64,000 bases of DNA from Acidobacteriota bacterium (GCA_031412675.1 JANODL010000152.1:5018-69017), one strand, 5' to 3'; counted from the first letter of the stretch, positions 51,962 to 61,782 are shown. Made by a program: numbers and translations. Notes: generated by a model from the sequence alone, not told the origin.

Positions 51962-54505
51962 CTACGGGTTGACAGTCACCGTGACCGAACCGGCGGCAGT
52001 TCCGCCTTTGCCGTCGTTGATTATATATTTAAAACTGCCGCTCCCGCGAAAGTTTTGATTCGGCGTGAATTTTACTCCGCCGCCCACAATTTCCACGTTG
52101 CCGTTAACGGCATTTGAAACATCCGACAAAACCATTGTATCGCCGTCAATATCCGTATCGTTGGCGACTACGTTAATGATGACAAAAGTATTTTCTTTGG
52201 TTGCCGCGCTGTCTGAATTTGCCGTCGGCGCATCATTAACCGGCGCGATTTTAAGCGAAATCGTCGCTGTTTCGGAATCAGCCGTGCCGTCATTAACCTT
52301 AACGGTAAAACTGTCAGAGCCGTTAAAATCAGGTTTCGGCGTATAAGTTAAGTTTGAACCTGCGCCGCTCAAACTTCCGTTTACCGGATTCGCCACAATC
52401 GAATACATCAGCGTATTCGAGGGTAAATCAATATCGCTCGCCTTCAAAACAAATGAAACAGCCCGATCTTCAATTCCGGTGATTTCGGCATTATTGACAA
52501 CCGGCGGTTTATTGACTTCCTTGACCGTAATCGTCACGGTTTCTTCGGCAGACAAAGAAGGCGTACCGTTATCCGTTACGCGAATCGTCAGGTTATAACT
52601 GCCCGCACCCTGCGCTTCGCTCGGTGTCCAATTAAACGCGCCGGTTGCCGGATTAATGCGCGCGCCCGGCGGAGCATTAATTAGGCTGTAAGTTAAAGTG
52701 TTCGCGGGCAAATCAGAATCAGTTGCTCCTGCCGTAAAAGTCAGCGGAGTTTCTTCATCAATCGTTTTATTGCCGATACCGGCGAACTCAGGCGCAACAT
52801 TGATTTCGTTGACGCGAACATTGAATGTTCGGGTATCGGTCAGATTCGGTGCGCCGTTGTCCGTTACGCGAACCGTGACCGGGAAATCGCCCGCACCCTG
52901 TGCTTCAGTCGGTGTCCAGGTCAGTAAGCCCGTTTTTGAATTGATCGTCATTCCCGCCGGCGTGCCCTCACCGAGCGAATAAGTCAGAACATTTGTCGGG
53001 TCGTCCGTATCCGAACCATTCGCCGACAGGGAAAGCGTTTTAAGCTCATCAATGGTTTGCGAGTTAATTACGGACAGAATCGGCGGACTGTTGACTTCTT
53101 GAGCCGTCAATTTGACCGGAACGTCGGCGCTCGCCAGACCGTCGGAAACGCGGACGGTAAAATTATAGGTCGAGCCATTACCCTGTGCTTCGGTCGGAGT
53201 CCAACTAAACACGCCTGAAGTCGGATTAATTAATGCTCCGACAGGCGCACCGATGAGCGAAAATGTTAAAGGTTGGTTAGGAATATCCGCGTCCAAAGCC
53301 GCCGCCGTAAAAGTATAGACGGCAAGTTCATTGATGGGCGCCGAAGCCGGGACATTTGAAATCTGCGGAGCGACATTAACTTCCTTGACCGCGACGCTGA
53401 TTGTTCGGCTCGCGGTTGCCGAACCGTCCGAAACATTGACTCGAAACGAATAATTTGCGGGTCCCTGCGTTTCGGCGGGAATCCATCTGAATATTCCTGA
53501 AATCGGGTCTATTTTCGCGCCGGAAGGGGCTTCGCTTAAACTAAACCGCAATGCGTTTAACGGAGTGTCAATATCGTTTGCGATTGCCGCAAAGCTCAAC
53601 GGCGTGAGTTCGTCCAAAATCGCAGACGGCTGTAAATTGGAAAGCGTCGGCGCATCGTTAATCGAATTAACTTTAATTATCACCGTCGCCCCGACGGAAT
53701 CAACCTGTCCGTCATTTGCCTTATAGGTAAAACTGTCAGTGCCGTTGAAGTCGGCTTCGGGCGTGTAGCTGAATGAACCGTCGGCATTTAACGACAGAGT
53801 TCCGTGTTTGGGCGGCGTTTCCGGCTTTGCTGAGGCAACTGTTAAATTATCGTCCTCCTCATCCTTATCGTTGGCTAAAACGCCGCGTCCGCCGTCCGTT
53901 TTCAAAATTGTGTCTTCATCTATTAAATAAGAATCCGCAACGGCTTGCGGCGCGGTGTTAAAGGTAAAAGAGTTGAAAAATTTATCAACCGGCGGAGTGT
54001 TGATGATGTCTTCGGGCAAGACCGCCAACAGCATGTAAAACCGTCTGCCGATAAAAAACATCCGGAGACGTTCGATGCGGAATTTCGTCAATACCTGACC
54101 TTCAAAGCCCGTTATTGTGCCGGTCGGGATTTTTATGTGCAGCTCGCGTCCTTTCGCTTTGCCGCTCGTAAAATCTTCTTCTTTAAGAAGTTGTCCCCGG
54201 CTTGCCGTAATGAAATCTTTTTTAACTTTTTTGTAGTGAGCCTTCGCGTCGGGCTTGAGCGAAATCAAAAAAGCCTTCGGAGCGTCCCTGTAAACAACGG
54301 CAAAATAGCCGTAAAAATCGCTGTAGGAATAGCTGCCCATCTTGTTGCCCGGTTCTACTGCTTCCTCGTCAGGCTTCATTTCACCGGGTGCGAGAACGCT
54401 CCACGATTTGCCTGTCGGACTAAAATATTTCCACGCCCATTCCTGTGCCAAAACACCGCCGCTTAAAATCAATATAAAAGCCAACGATGATAAAAACTTA
54501 TACAT
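51962..54505 (-). CDS. large secreted adhesin-like protein with tandem Ig/cadherin-like repeats
   Basis: 847 aa with a signal peptide, a ~190-aa N-domain and then about 8 repeats of ~95 aa (EVN.AP......L.F.A.A.D.D.P.N.LT(F/Y)SL...P.GA.INP..G.F.WTP.E.QG...). NDAPT-type repeats occur at both ends. Confidence 0.8.
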   Translation of the reverse strand: MYKFLSSLAFILILSGGVLAQEWAWKYFSPTGKSWSVLAPGEMKPDEEAVEPGNKMGSYSYSDFYGYFAVVYRDAPKAFLISLKPDAKAHYKKVKKDFITASRGQLLKEEDFTSGKAKGRELHIKIPTGTITGFEGQVLTKFRIERLRMFFIGRRFYMLLAVLPEDIINTPPVDKFFNSFTFNTAPQAVADSYLIDEDTILKTDGGRGVLANDKDEEDDNLTVASAKPETPPKHGTLSLNADGSFSYTPEADFNGTDSFTYKANDGQVDSVGATVIIKVNSINDAPTLSNLQPSAILDELTPLSFAAIANDIDTPLNALRFSLSEAPSGAKIDPISGIFRWIPAETQGPANYSFRVNVSDGSATASRTISVAVKEVNVAPQISNVPASAPINELAVYTFTAAALDADIPNQPLTFSLIGAPVGALINPTSGVFSWTPTEAQGNGSTYNFTVRVSDGLASADVPVKLTAQEVNSPPILSVINSQTIDELKTLSLSANGSDTDDPTNVLTYSLGEGTPAGMTINSKTGLLTWTPTEAQGAGDFPVTVRVTDNGAPNLTDTRTFNVRVNEINVAPEFAGIGNKTIDEETPLTFTAGATDSDLPANTLTYSLINAPPGARINPATGAFNWTPSEAQGAGSYNLTIRVTDNGTPSLSAEETVTITVKEVNKPPVVNNAEITGIEDRAVSFVLKASDIDLPSNTLMYSIVANPVNGSLSGAGSNLTYTPKPDFNGSDSFTVKVNDGTADSETATISLKIAPVNDAPTANSDSAATKENTFVIINVVANDTDIDGDTMVLSDVSNAVNGNVEIVGGGVKFTPNQNFRGSGSFKYIINDGKGGTAAGSVTVTVNP

Positions 54506-54550
54506 TTAAAAAACTTCCCCTTGAACAATAATTTTATAAAAAAGCTCTCA

Positions 54551-55588
54551 TTACAGCTTTTTCGCGCGGAATTTTCCGCGAGCGCGAACGACTGCGTCGC
54601 TGCGATTAACTTTGACGATGATGTTGTTGACATCGGTCTCTTTGACGGCATTTCTCGAGTAAAACCCGAGCCGGTATTGCTGTCTGACCTCGGCGGCAAT
54701 TTGCTTGAAAATTTGACTCAGTTGCGGCGCGTCGCTCATATAAAAGCGACCGGCGGTCGTGTCCGACATTTCCTGCAAAACATTGACCGCTTCAGCACTG
54801 GTTACGGTGTCAATCAGTTTTAATTCTTCCGCCGTATTGGCATCTCTCGGCAAAGCGATTTTTATCGAATATTTTTTCTTCTTTTTATTCGGCTTTTTTT
54901 CTTCCGGTTGTTTGATTTCCGGCTGTTTGATTTCCGATTCTTGCTTGACCGCGCCTTTTGAATCAACTACCACTCTGCCGGTTTGATAAAAAATCGAATA
55001 AATAATTACGTCCGATTCTTCGAGCTGGCTGAATAAATTTCTTCTTGAAACCGGGCTTCCGTAATCTTTACCGTCCGAGAGCAAAACGATGACTTTGCGT
55101 CCTTGAGCTTTGACAAAACCCTCACGCGCGATTTTGTCAACCGCGCTAAAAACGACGGAGCCTTCGCCTGTCCCGGTTTGAATTGTTTCGAGTGATTTTG
55201 CCAACACGTCGCGGTCTGAGGTAAGCGGTTCGAGGATTCTCACTTCCGAATCGAAAGTCGCGATTAAACATTTGTCGTTTTTATTCAGGAGTTCGATAAA
55301 ATCTTTCGCGGCTTTACGAATTTGGTCGAGGACAGCCTTCGTACTTTCGCTCGTGTCAATCAATAAAGCGATGCTGACCGGCTCGTCTTCGGTCGCAAAA
55401 AAGGTAACCTTTTGTTCTTTGCTGTCTTGATAAATCCTGAAATCATCCTTTTCCAAACCCGAGATGTAACGCCCTTCGCGGTCGCTCACGCTGACCGGAA
55501 CGCTAACGAATGTTTTGTCCGATTGGGCATACAGGACATTCTGAAAACCTAGTAGCAATAAACAAAGCAAGATTAAAATAATTCTCAT
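54551..55588 (-). CDS. secreted VWA domain protein (acidobacterial VWFA-type)
   Basis: Signal peptide, a VWA core (ALLIDTSES...VLLSDGKD), a Lys/Glu-rich repeat (KQPEIKQPEEKKP) and a C-terminal QYRLGFYS tail. Confidence 0.8.
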   Translation of the reverse strand: MRIILILLCLLLLGFQNVLYAQSDKTFVSVPVSVSDREGRYISGLEKDDFRIYQDSKEQKVTFFATEDEPVSIALLIDTSESTKAVLDQIRKAAKDFIELLNKNDKCLIATFDSEVRILEPLTSDRDVLAKSLETIQTGTGEGSVVFSAVDKIAREGFVKAQGRKVIVLLSDGKDYGSPVSRRNLFSQLEESDVIIYSIFYQTGRVVVDSKGAVKQESEIKQPEIKQPEEKKPNKKKKKYSIKIALPRDANTAEELKLIDTVTSAEAVNVLQEMSDTTAGRFYMSDAPQLSQIFKQIAAEVRQQYRLGFYSRNAVKETDVNNIIVKVNRSDAVVRARGKFRAKKL

Positions 55589-55843
55589 AGTTTTCCGTTA
55601 AGACTTAAAGTATAAGGCTTACGATGTGTCTTTTCAATATTTAGTTGAATGCGAATAATTTAATTATGAAAAAATTAACCTGCCGCAAGCTGGTTTTAGC
55701 GGTTATTTTCAGGTAATTTTCGAACGAATAAACCTAATCGGGCGAATCCTGAAACTTTCGGCGTTCTTTTTTCTTTTCATCATTTAAAATCATTGCATTT
55801 CACATTTTAAAGGCATAAAATTAGGCACACTGGCAAGATATTT

Positions 55844-56506
55844 GTGAAAAAAGAACAAGAACCCTTAACGATTGAAAAAATAAAACAGGCGCACGCCGAA
55901 AGACGCGACGAAATTCGCGCTCGCCTTAAAGAATTTGATAATGTTTGGAAACAGGAAAGCGACTTGCGGCTCTGGGAAGAGATGGTTTTTTGCTTTTTTA
56001 CGGGCGGCTGTTCGGCAAAAATGGGGCTTCGTTCGGTTGCAGCCGTGCGACCGCTTTTGCTTGAAGGAACGCACGAAGAATTGATGAACGCGCTTGTCGG
56101 TAAACACCGCTACCCGCGAGCGCGGGCGGGTTATATCGTTGCTTCGCGCACATTTTTGCAGGAACATTGCAATTTGCAGTTGCGTAAGAAACTTGAGAGT
56201 TTTGAAAATCCATTGGAACGCCGCGATTGGTTGGTCAAAGAAAAACGCATTAAAGGCTTGGGTTACAAGGAAGCAAGCCATTATTTGCGGAACATCGGTT
56301 TGAGAGGTTACGCCATTTTGGACAAGCATATTTTACGCTCTTTGGCGGAACTGAAAATAATTGATGACCCAAAGCCACCAAATACGCGTTCGAGGTATCT
56401 AACGATTGAAAATAAGTTGAAAAACTTAGCGTTGCTGTCCGAGATTGATTTCGACGAGCTGGATTTGGTCTTATGGTCAATGAAAACCGGCGAAATTTTA
56501 AAGTAA
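55844..56506 (+). CDS. N-glycosylase/DNA lyase (Ogg2-type 8-oxoguanine glycosylase, HhH-GPD)
   Basis: GTG start. WEEMVFCFFTGGCSAKMG ... IKGLGYKEASHYLRNIG ... AILDKHI matches the archaeal/bacterial Ogg2 pattern with the catalytic Lys and Asp context. Confidence 0.8.
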   Translation: MKKEQEPLTIEKIKQAHAERRDEIRARLKEFDNVWKQESDLRLWEEMVFCFFTGGCSAKMGLRSVAAVRPLLLEGTHEELMNALVGKHRYPRARAGYIVASRTFLQEHCNLQLRKKLESFENPLERRDWLVKEKRIKGLGYKEASHYLRNIGLRGYAILDKHILRSLAELKIIDDPKPPNTRSRYLTIENKLKNLALLSEIDFDELDLVLWSMKTGEILK

Positions 56507-56539
56507 AAACTAAAAATTCAAGGAAAGGAGTTATAAATT

Positions 56540-58126
56540 ATGAAATTTAGAATTCTTGTTAATGGTGTTTTCCGGTTTCCTTTCCAAACAAAGCATTTAG
56601 CCGTTTTCGTCTTAACTGTTTTGTTCATTATCGGTTTGCCTGCCCTCGGGTTGGCAGGCGATGACGTGCAGCAAATCGAAGAAGATACCCGTCAACAAAT
56701 CAAACAAGCGGAAAAATTAGCCAAAAAAGGCAACGTCGCCGAAGCCGAAAAGATTTTGCGTAAAATAATCGAGCGCAATCCGTCGCATTCGACCGCCAAA
56801 CTAAAACTTGCCTACATACTTCTCAAGCAAAAGCAGTTGCTCGGAGCCTACGAATTGTCGTTTGAAATCGCTAAAAACGAACCGAAAAATTCGTATGCCT
56901 ATGCCGTTTTGGGCGCAACGCTTTTAAGTGCGGGAAATTTTAAGGAAGCTGACAAAATTTTAGTCGCCGCGATAACTTTGAAGAAAAGCGAAGCCTTAGC
57001 TTGGGCAGGACTCGGAATGTTGGATTTTTACGAAAACCGCATTTCGGATTCGATAGAAAATCTGAAGACAGCGGTTTATTTCGACAGCGACGAGCCGGAT
57101 TATATCTTTGCGCTTGCCCAAGTTTCGGCGCGGGCTGAAAAATACAAGGAAGCGGCAGATGCCTATAACATATTTTTGCAGGTTTCACCGCAAACCGACA
57201 CCGAAAGACGCGACCGCATCAAAGGACTTATCAATTTTCTCCGCTTTTTGGGCGCAAAACGCTCGCTCTATAATTTGGACGGCGGCTCCCGAACAGTAGT
57301 TTCGTTCGATTTGATGAGAGACCGTCCCGTCATCAAACTCAAGGTCAATAACAAAGAAGAGCCGCTGAAATTTGTTTTGGATACCGGCTCGGGAATTTCC
57401 GTTATCTCCAGAGAAACGGCAGAACGCTTGAAAATCAAACCGATTACACGCGGCGGATTGGCACGGGCAATCGGCGGCAACGGAAAATTTGAAATCGTCT
57501 ACGGCTTTTTGAAATCGGTTAATATCGGCGATGTTCAAATAAAAAGCGTTCCGGTTTATATCCGCGAATTTCATTCCAACGATGAAAAAATTGACGGCTA
57601 CATCGGATTGTCGCTGATTTCAAAATTTTTGACGACGATTGACTACGGTGAATTGACCTTTTCGTTGGTTAGAAAAGACATTGCGGACGAACAGAATCTC
57701 GTTGAAAACAAAAGTTTGTTTTTACCGCTTCGACTGACTTCGAGCGGATTTTTGAGCGGCGAAGTTCAGCTTGAAGGGGTCGAAAATTCACTCAATTTTA
57801 TTGTTGATACAGGCGCGAGCATTTCGGTTATTTCCGATGAAGTCGCTAACCTTTCGGGAATCAGCCGCTTTGTCCGCAATGAAAAAATGCGGGTTGTCGG
57901 AGCCGCCGGCATAACGGAAAACGTGTCATCGTTTTTGCTTCCGCGCATTACTTTCGGCACTAATTCGCGTGAAAGCATCACGGCAATCGCGCTTGATTTG
58001 GACATCATCAACGAGGCTTCGGGTTTTCGTCAGGCGGGAATTTTGGGCGGAAATTTTTTGAAGAATTATCGTTTGACGTTTGATTTTAAAAACTCGAAAG
58101 TAATTTTTACGCCGATCAGAAAATGA
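56540..58126 (+). CDS. TPR protein with two retropepsin-like aspartyl protease domains
   Basis: An N-terminal TM/signal, TPRs, then two D-T-G sites (FVLDTGSGISVIS and FIVDTGASISVIS). Confidence 0.75.
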   Translation: MKFRILVNGVFRFPFQTKHLAVFVLTVLFIIGLPALGLAGDDVQQIEEDTRQQIKQAEKLAKKGNVAEAEKILRKIIERNPSHSTAKLKLAYILLKQKQLLGAYELSFEIAKNEPKNSYAYAVLGATLLSAGNFKEADKILVAAITLKKSEALAWAGLGMLDFYENRISDSIENLKTAVYFDSDEPDYIFALAQVSARAEKYKEAADAYNIFLQVSPQTDTERRDRIKGLINFLRFLGAKRSLYNLDGGSRTVVSFDLMRDRPVIKLKVNNKEEPLKFVLDTGSGISVISRETAERLKIKPITRGGLARAIGGNGKFEIVYGFLKSVNIGDVQIKSVPVYIREFHSNDEKIDGYIGLSLISKFLTTIDYGELTFSLVRKDIADEQNLVENKSLFLPLRLTSSGFLSGEVQLEGVENSLNFIVDTGASISVISDEVANLSGISRFVRNEKMRVVGAAGITENVSSFLLPRITFGTNSRESITAIALDLDIINEASGFRQAGILGGNFLKNYRLTFDFKNSKVIFTPIRK

Positions 58127-58198
58127 GTAAAGAGTGGAGAGTAGAGAGTAAAGAGTTTGGCTTGACTCTCCACTCTCCACTCTCTACTCTCTACTCTT
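58127..58198. repeat. heptamer-array hairpin (GAGAGTA/GGAGAGT words)
   Basis: GTAAAGAGTGGAGAGTAGAGAGTAAAGAGT ... GACTCTCCACTCTCCACTCTCTACTCTCTACTCTT. It uses the same word family as 47644-47712. Confidence 0.7.
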
Positions 58199-58201
58199 AT
58201 A

Positions 58202-58660
58202 ATGAAACAAACTTTATATCTCGAAACGTCGGTGGTTGGTGCGTATCTTGATAACGGCGAACCGTTTCGGCGCGATTTGACGATTCGCTGGTGGGAACAC
58301 GAACTCTCGGAATATCAAGCCTACAGTTCAATTCTCGTCGAGCGCGAACTGGAACGGGTTGCCGAACCGCATCGGACAGGCTATCTCAATCTGGTCAAAC
58401 CGCTCAAAAATCTCGAACTCGTCGAAGAAGTTGCAATTTTAGCCGAAGGTTATATTTCACGCGGAATTTTTCACCGCAAATTTATTGCCGATGCCCTTCA
58501 CGTTGCCTTTGCTTCGTTTTACAAAATTGATTATCTGGTGACGTGGAATTTCGGGCATCTGGCAAACGTCCGCAAACAGGCGCGAATCAGACTTTTCAAT
58601 ACCGCCGCCGGATTTTTTTCGCCCGTTATCGTGACACCCGAATTCTTAGTGCATAGTTAA
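58202..58660 (+). CDS. PIN-like domain protein (putative VapC-type toxin)
   Basis: 152 aa. An N-terminal LYLETSVV motif, a central acidic residue, DALHVA and TWNFGHL segments resemble PIN-fold proteins. The assignment is tentative. Confidence 0.5.
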   Translation: MKQTLYLETSVVGAYLDNGEPFRRDLTIRWWEHELSEYQAYSSILVERELERVAEPHRTGYLNLVKPLKNLELVEEVAILAEGYISRGIFHRKFIADALHVAFASFYKIDYLVTWNFGHLANVRKQARIRLFNTAAGFFSPVIVTPEFLVHS

Positions 58661-58663
58661 ATT

Positions 58664-58736
58664 GAATGGTGAATGATGAGTTCAAATCCGTTTTTTTATT
58701 CATCATTCATCATTCACCATTCACCATTCACCATTC
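58664..58736. repeat. heptamer-array hairpin (CATTCAC words)
   Basis: GAATGGTGAATGATGAG (58664-80) is complementary to part of TTCATCATTCATCATTCACCATTCACCATTCACCATTC (58699-736). Confidence 0.7.
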
Positions 58737-58783
58737 GATTTCGGTTGACTATTATTGACTGACGATTGACAATTAAAGCTGTA

Positions 58784-58978
58784 ATGTATCGTCGTCCGAA
58801 ATTTTTAGAAGTATTATTGGAAATCCGTCAAGAAATGGCGCGGGAAGCCGATTATGACGTGGATTTATTCGCCGAAATGGTGCGCGGCGGAAATTTTTCG
58901 CCGGGCGGAAAGCGGTTTAATTTGACCGAAACCAAAATCGAGAATAATCTTGACAGCAAAAAAGCTAAAGAATCGTAA
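58784..58978 (+). CDS. small hypothetical protein (64 aa), possible partner of the PIN-like gene
   Basis: MYRRPKFLEVLLEIRQEMAREADYDVDLFAEMVRGG... It has an ATG start and a helical N-terminus. No family recognised. Confidence 0.4.
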   Translation: MYRRPKFLEVLLEIRQEMAREADYDVDLFAEMVRGGNFSPGGKRFNLTETKIENNLDSKKAKES

Positions 58979-58987
58979 AGTTCAGTA

Positions 58988-59776
58988 ATGGAAATAACTT
59001 TTGACGCAATCGGTCTGGAAATTCCGAACGAAAACGCCTTTCATGATTTGGCGGAAGATGTCGGTAAGCGCGGCGAAGTTTCGATTTTGGCGCGTAAAGA
59101 CGGAGTTTTGCACGGTCGTTGTTTGAAATTCGGCGCGGGACTCGAAGTTTGGACGCTGTTTTACGAATCGGGCAAAGGCGAAATGACTTACGCCGATTGC
59201 CGTCCGGCGTTTCGCGCCCGTTACGCGCAAAAAGTTTCGCCGTGGGCTTTGACCGAATCCGACAAAGAAGGCAAATCCGTCATTCACGGCTTTATCGAGG
59301 ACACGAACACCGAAGTTTTATTTCAACTGCAAAATTTAACCGAAGTCGGCACGCACTTTCTTGAACAGACAACTCTCAATGTCGGGCTTTGCGGGTTGGC
59401 GTATCGCGCCGAAATTTTTGATAAAAACGCGGAATCGCGCTGGCAGTCTTACGATGAAACGACGGTCAACGTGATCGAAGACGAAAATGATTGGAACGTC
59501 GCCGGACGGATACTCGCCTTTAACGCGCTTCAAAATCCGCAATCGGGTAACGATTTATACTGGATTTATGTCGGAATGGGCGGACTTCAGCTTGAGATTC
59601 TGGTCAATCAGCGAGCCTTGCGCGGCAAAAAACCGCGAATCGGCGCGTTTATCGAAGCCGATGTCTGGCTGCAAGGACATATTTTGAGCGAAACCGCCAA
59701 ACGAAACGGCTATGAGGGCGTTGATTGGTCAGTCCGTCCGGCTGATTACTGGAAGAGTTTCAAAAAACCAAACTAA
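58988..59776 (+). CDS. hypothetical protein (262 aa)
   Basis: A long clean ORF with no recognisable motif. Confidence 0.55.
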   Translation: MEITFDAIGLEIPNENAFHDLAEDVGKRGEVSILARKDGVLHGRCLKFGAGLEVWTLFYESGKGEMTYADCRPAFRARYAQKVSPWALTESDKEGKSVIHGFIEDTNTEVLFQLQNLTEVGTHFLEQTTLNVGLCGLAYRAEIFDKNAESRWQSYDETTVNVIEDENDWNVAGRILAFNALQNPQSGNDLYWIYVGMGGLQLEILVNQRALRGKKPRIGAFIEADVWLQGHILSETAKRNGYEGVDWSVRPADYWKSFKKPN

Positions 59777-59777
59777 T

Positions 59778-59845
59778 GGATTTGGGATTGAGGATTGCGG
59801 ATTTGGGATTTATTTTTCAAATCCGCAATCCTCAATCCCAAATCC
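59778..59845. repeat. perfect 27-bp hairpin built from GATTTGG/GATTGAG/GATTGCG heptamers
   Basis: GGATTTGGGATTGAGGATTGCGGATTT (59778-59804), a 14-nt loop, then AAATCCGCAATCCTCAATCCCAAATCC (59819-59845). It begins 2 nt after a stop codon and ends 10 nt before the next ATG. Confidence 0.85.
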
Positions 59846-59854
59846 CAAATCAAA

Positions 59855-60436
59855 ATGCGTCGTTATTTGCCCCTTGTTTTAATTCTGATTATTCTTGCCG
59901 CCGCGTCAGCCGTTGGAGCTTATTATTTTAAACAATATTGGATTCACCGCTACGATGAAGTCATTGCGCGGCAGGCGAAAGTTTATAATCTGGACGAAAA
60001 ACTGGTTTGGAGCGTGATTTACGAGGAAACCTATTTTCGCGCTTGGAAAATCGGCGGCGCGGAAGAAGTCGGTTTGATGCAGGTCACGCCGACCGTGGCG
60101 CGGATATGGGCAAAGGAAACGGGCTTTCAGGAATTTGAAAAGCAAACCGCCGAAAACGTCAACGAATTTTTGCGCGACCCCGAAAGAAATATTCAAGTCG
60201 GCTGTTGGTATCTCGAAAAATCGCGCGAAAAGTATCGCGGCTACGCGGCGCAGGACGCGATGACTTTGGCGGCTTACAACGCGGGCGCAAGCCGTGTCGA
60301 GGAATGGACAAAAATTTCCGCCAATCCTTCGCAAATGAGCGAACAATCGTTTATCGAAAAAATTAATATTGCTTCGACAAAATCCTACGTTACCTCGATT
60401 ATCGAGCGTTACAAAGAAATCAAAAGAGCAAAATGA
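59855..60436 (+). CDS. lytic transglycosylase (SLT domain), membrane anchored
   Basis: The start at MRRYLPLVLILIILAAA gives a TM anchor. The catalytic region is EETYF...EEVGLMQVTP and AYNAGASRV. The upstream 20 codons in the ORF track lie in the hairpin. Confidence 0.85.
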   Translation: MRRYLPLVLILIILAAASAVGAYYFKQYWIHRYDEVIARQAKVYNLDEKLVWSVIYEETYFRAWKIGGAEEVGLMQVTPTVARIWAKETGFQEFEKQTAENVNEFLRDPERNIQVGCWYLEKSREKYRGYAAQDAMTLAAYNAGASRVEEWTKISANPSQMSEQSFIEKINIASTKSYVTSIIERYKEIKRAK

Positions 60437-61776
60437 AAATTTTAACTGCGCGCTACGTTGTGCCGATTTCGTCCGCGCCAATCGAAAACGGCGCGGTCGC
60501 GTTTGAAAAAGACAAAATCATTGCAGTCGGAAACCAAGCCGAAATCATCGAAAAATTTCCCGAAGCCGAAGTCGAAAGTTTAGGCGAATCGGCGATTTTG
60601 CCCGGATTTGTCAACTCTCATTCGCATCTTGAAATTACCGCGATGCGCGGTTTTGTGGACGAATTCGACGACGATTTTGCTTCGTGGCTTTTAAAACTCA
60701 ACAAGGTTCGCGGCGAAGTTTTGACCGACGAAGACGTTCAAAACGCCGCCATTTTGGGTGCAATCGAAGGCGCACACGCGGGCGTGACAACTTTCGGCGA
60801 CATCGGACGTTTCGGCAAAAACGGCTTTGAAGCCTTAAAGGCGGTCGGTTTGCGCGGCGTTGTTTTCCAGGAAACCGAATTTTCGCCCGACGACAAAACT
60901 GCCGGCGCGGATTTTGCCAAGCTCAAAGAAAAATTTCTCGAACTAAAAGAAACCGAAACAAATCTCGTCAAAGTCGGACTTTCGCCGCATTCGCCTTACA
61001 CGGTCGGCGCACGGCTTTTTGAAAACATCGCCGCTTACGCGATTGAAAACAACGTCAAAATCTCGGTTCACGCCGCCGAATCGGACGAAGAAAGCGAATT
61101 GATGCAAAAGGGAACGGGATTTTTTGCGGGAATTTATGCAAAATACGGCTTTGAATGGCACACGCCAAATTGTTCGTCCATCGAATTGCTCGACAAGCTC
61201 GGCGTTCTGCGTGCCAAACCGCTTCTCGCGCATTGCGTCAAAGTTTCGGAGCGCGACATTGAACTTATCAAAAATTCGGATTCACGCATCGCGCATTGCC
61301 CAAAATCAAACGCCAAATTCGGACACGGCATCGCGCCGTTTGAAAAATTTCTCGACGCAAACATAAAAACAGGTTTCGGAAGCGATTCGATGGCGAGCAA
61401 CAACACTTGCGACATCTTGGAAGAAGCGCGTTTTGCAACGCTTTTTGCCAGAAATCTGCCCGGGCGGAAACGATTCTTACAGCCAAAAGAAATCATCGAA
61501 ACCGCAACGCTCGGCGGCGCAAAAGCCTTGGGTTTGGAAAACGAAATCGGAACTTTGGAAGTCGGAAAACAAGCCGATTTTACAGTCGTTTCACTCGAAA
61601 ATATCGCCCAAATGCCGGTTCACAATGTTTATTCGGCTTTGCTTTTCGCGTCAAACGCACGCGATATTCGTCTGACAATCGTCGCGGGCGAAGCGATTTT
61701 CCGCAATGGCGAATCGTGCAAAATTGACGAGGGCGAAATTAAGGCAAAAATGAATGAAATCCGCCGAAAAATGTAG
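60433..61776 (+). CDS. amidohydrolase-family deaminase (MTA/SAH-deaminase / chlorohydrolase-like)
   Basis: LPGFVNSHSHLE, SVHAAES, LAHCV and GFGSDS are metal-binding motifs of the ATZ/TRZ-like subgroup. It overlaps the upstream gene by 4 nt. Confidence 0.8.
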   Translation: MKILTARYVVPISSAPIENGAVAFEKDKIIAVGNQAEIIEKFPEAEVESLGESAILPGFVNSHSHLEITAMRGFVDEFDDDFASWLLKLNKVRGEVLTDEDVQNAAILGAIEGAHAGVTTFGDIGRFGKNGFEALKAVGLRGVVFQETEFSPDDKTAGADFAKLKEKFLELKETETNLVKVGLSPHSPYTVGARLFENIAAYAIENNVKISVHAAESDEESELMQKGTGFFAGIYAKYGFEWHTPNCSSIELLDKLGVLRAKPLLAHCVKVSERDIELIKNSDSRIAHCPKSNAKFGHGIAPFEKFLDANIKTGFGSDSMASNNTCDILEEARFATLFARNLPGRKRFLQPKEIIETATLGGAKALGLENEIGTLEVGKQADFTVVSLENIAQMPVHNVYSALLFASNARDIRLTIVAGEAIFRNGESCKIDEGEIKAKMNEIRRKM

Positions 61777-61782
61777 GAAATC

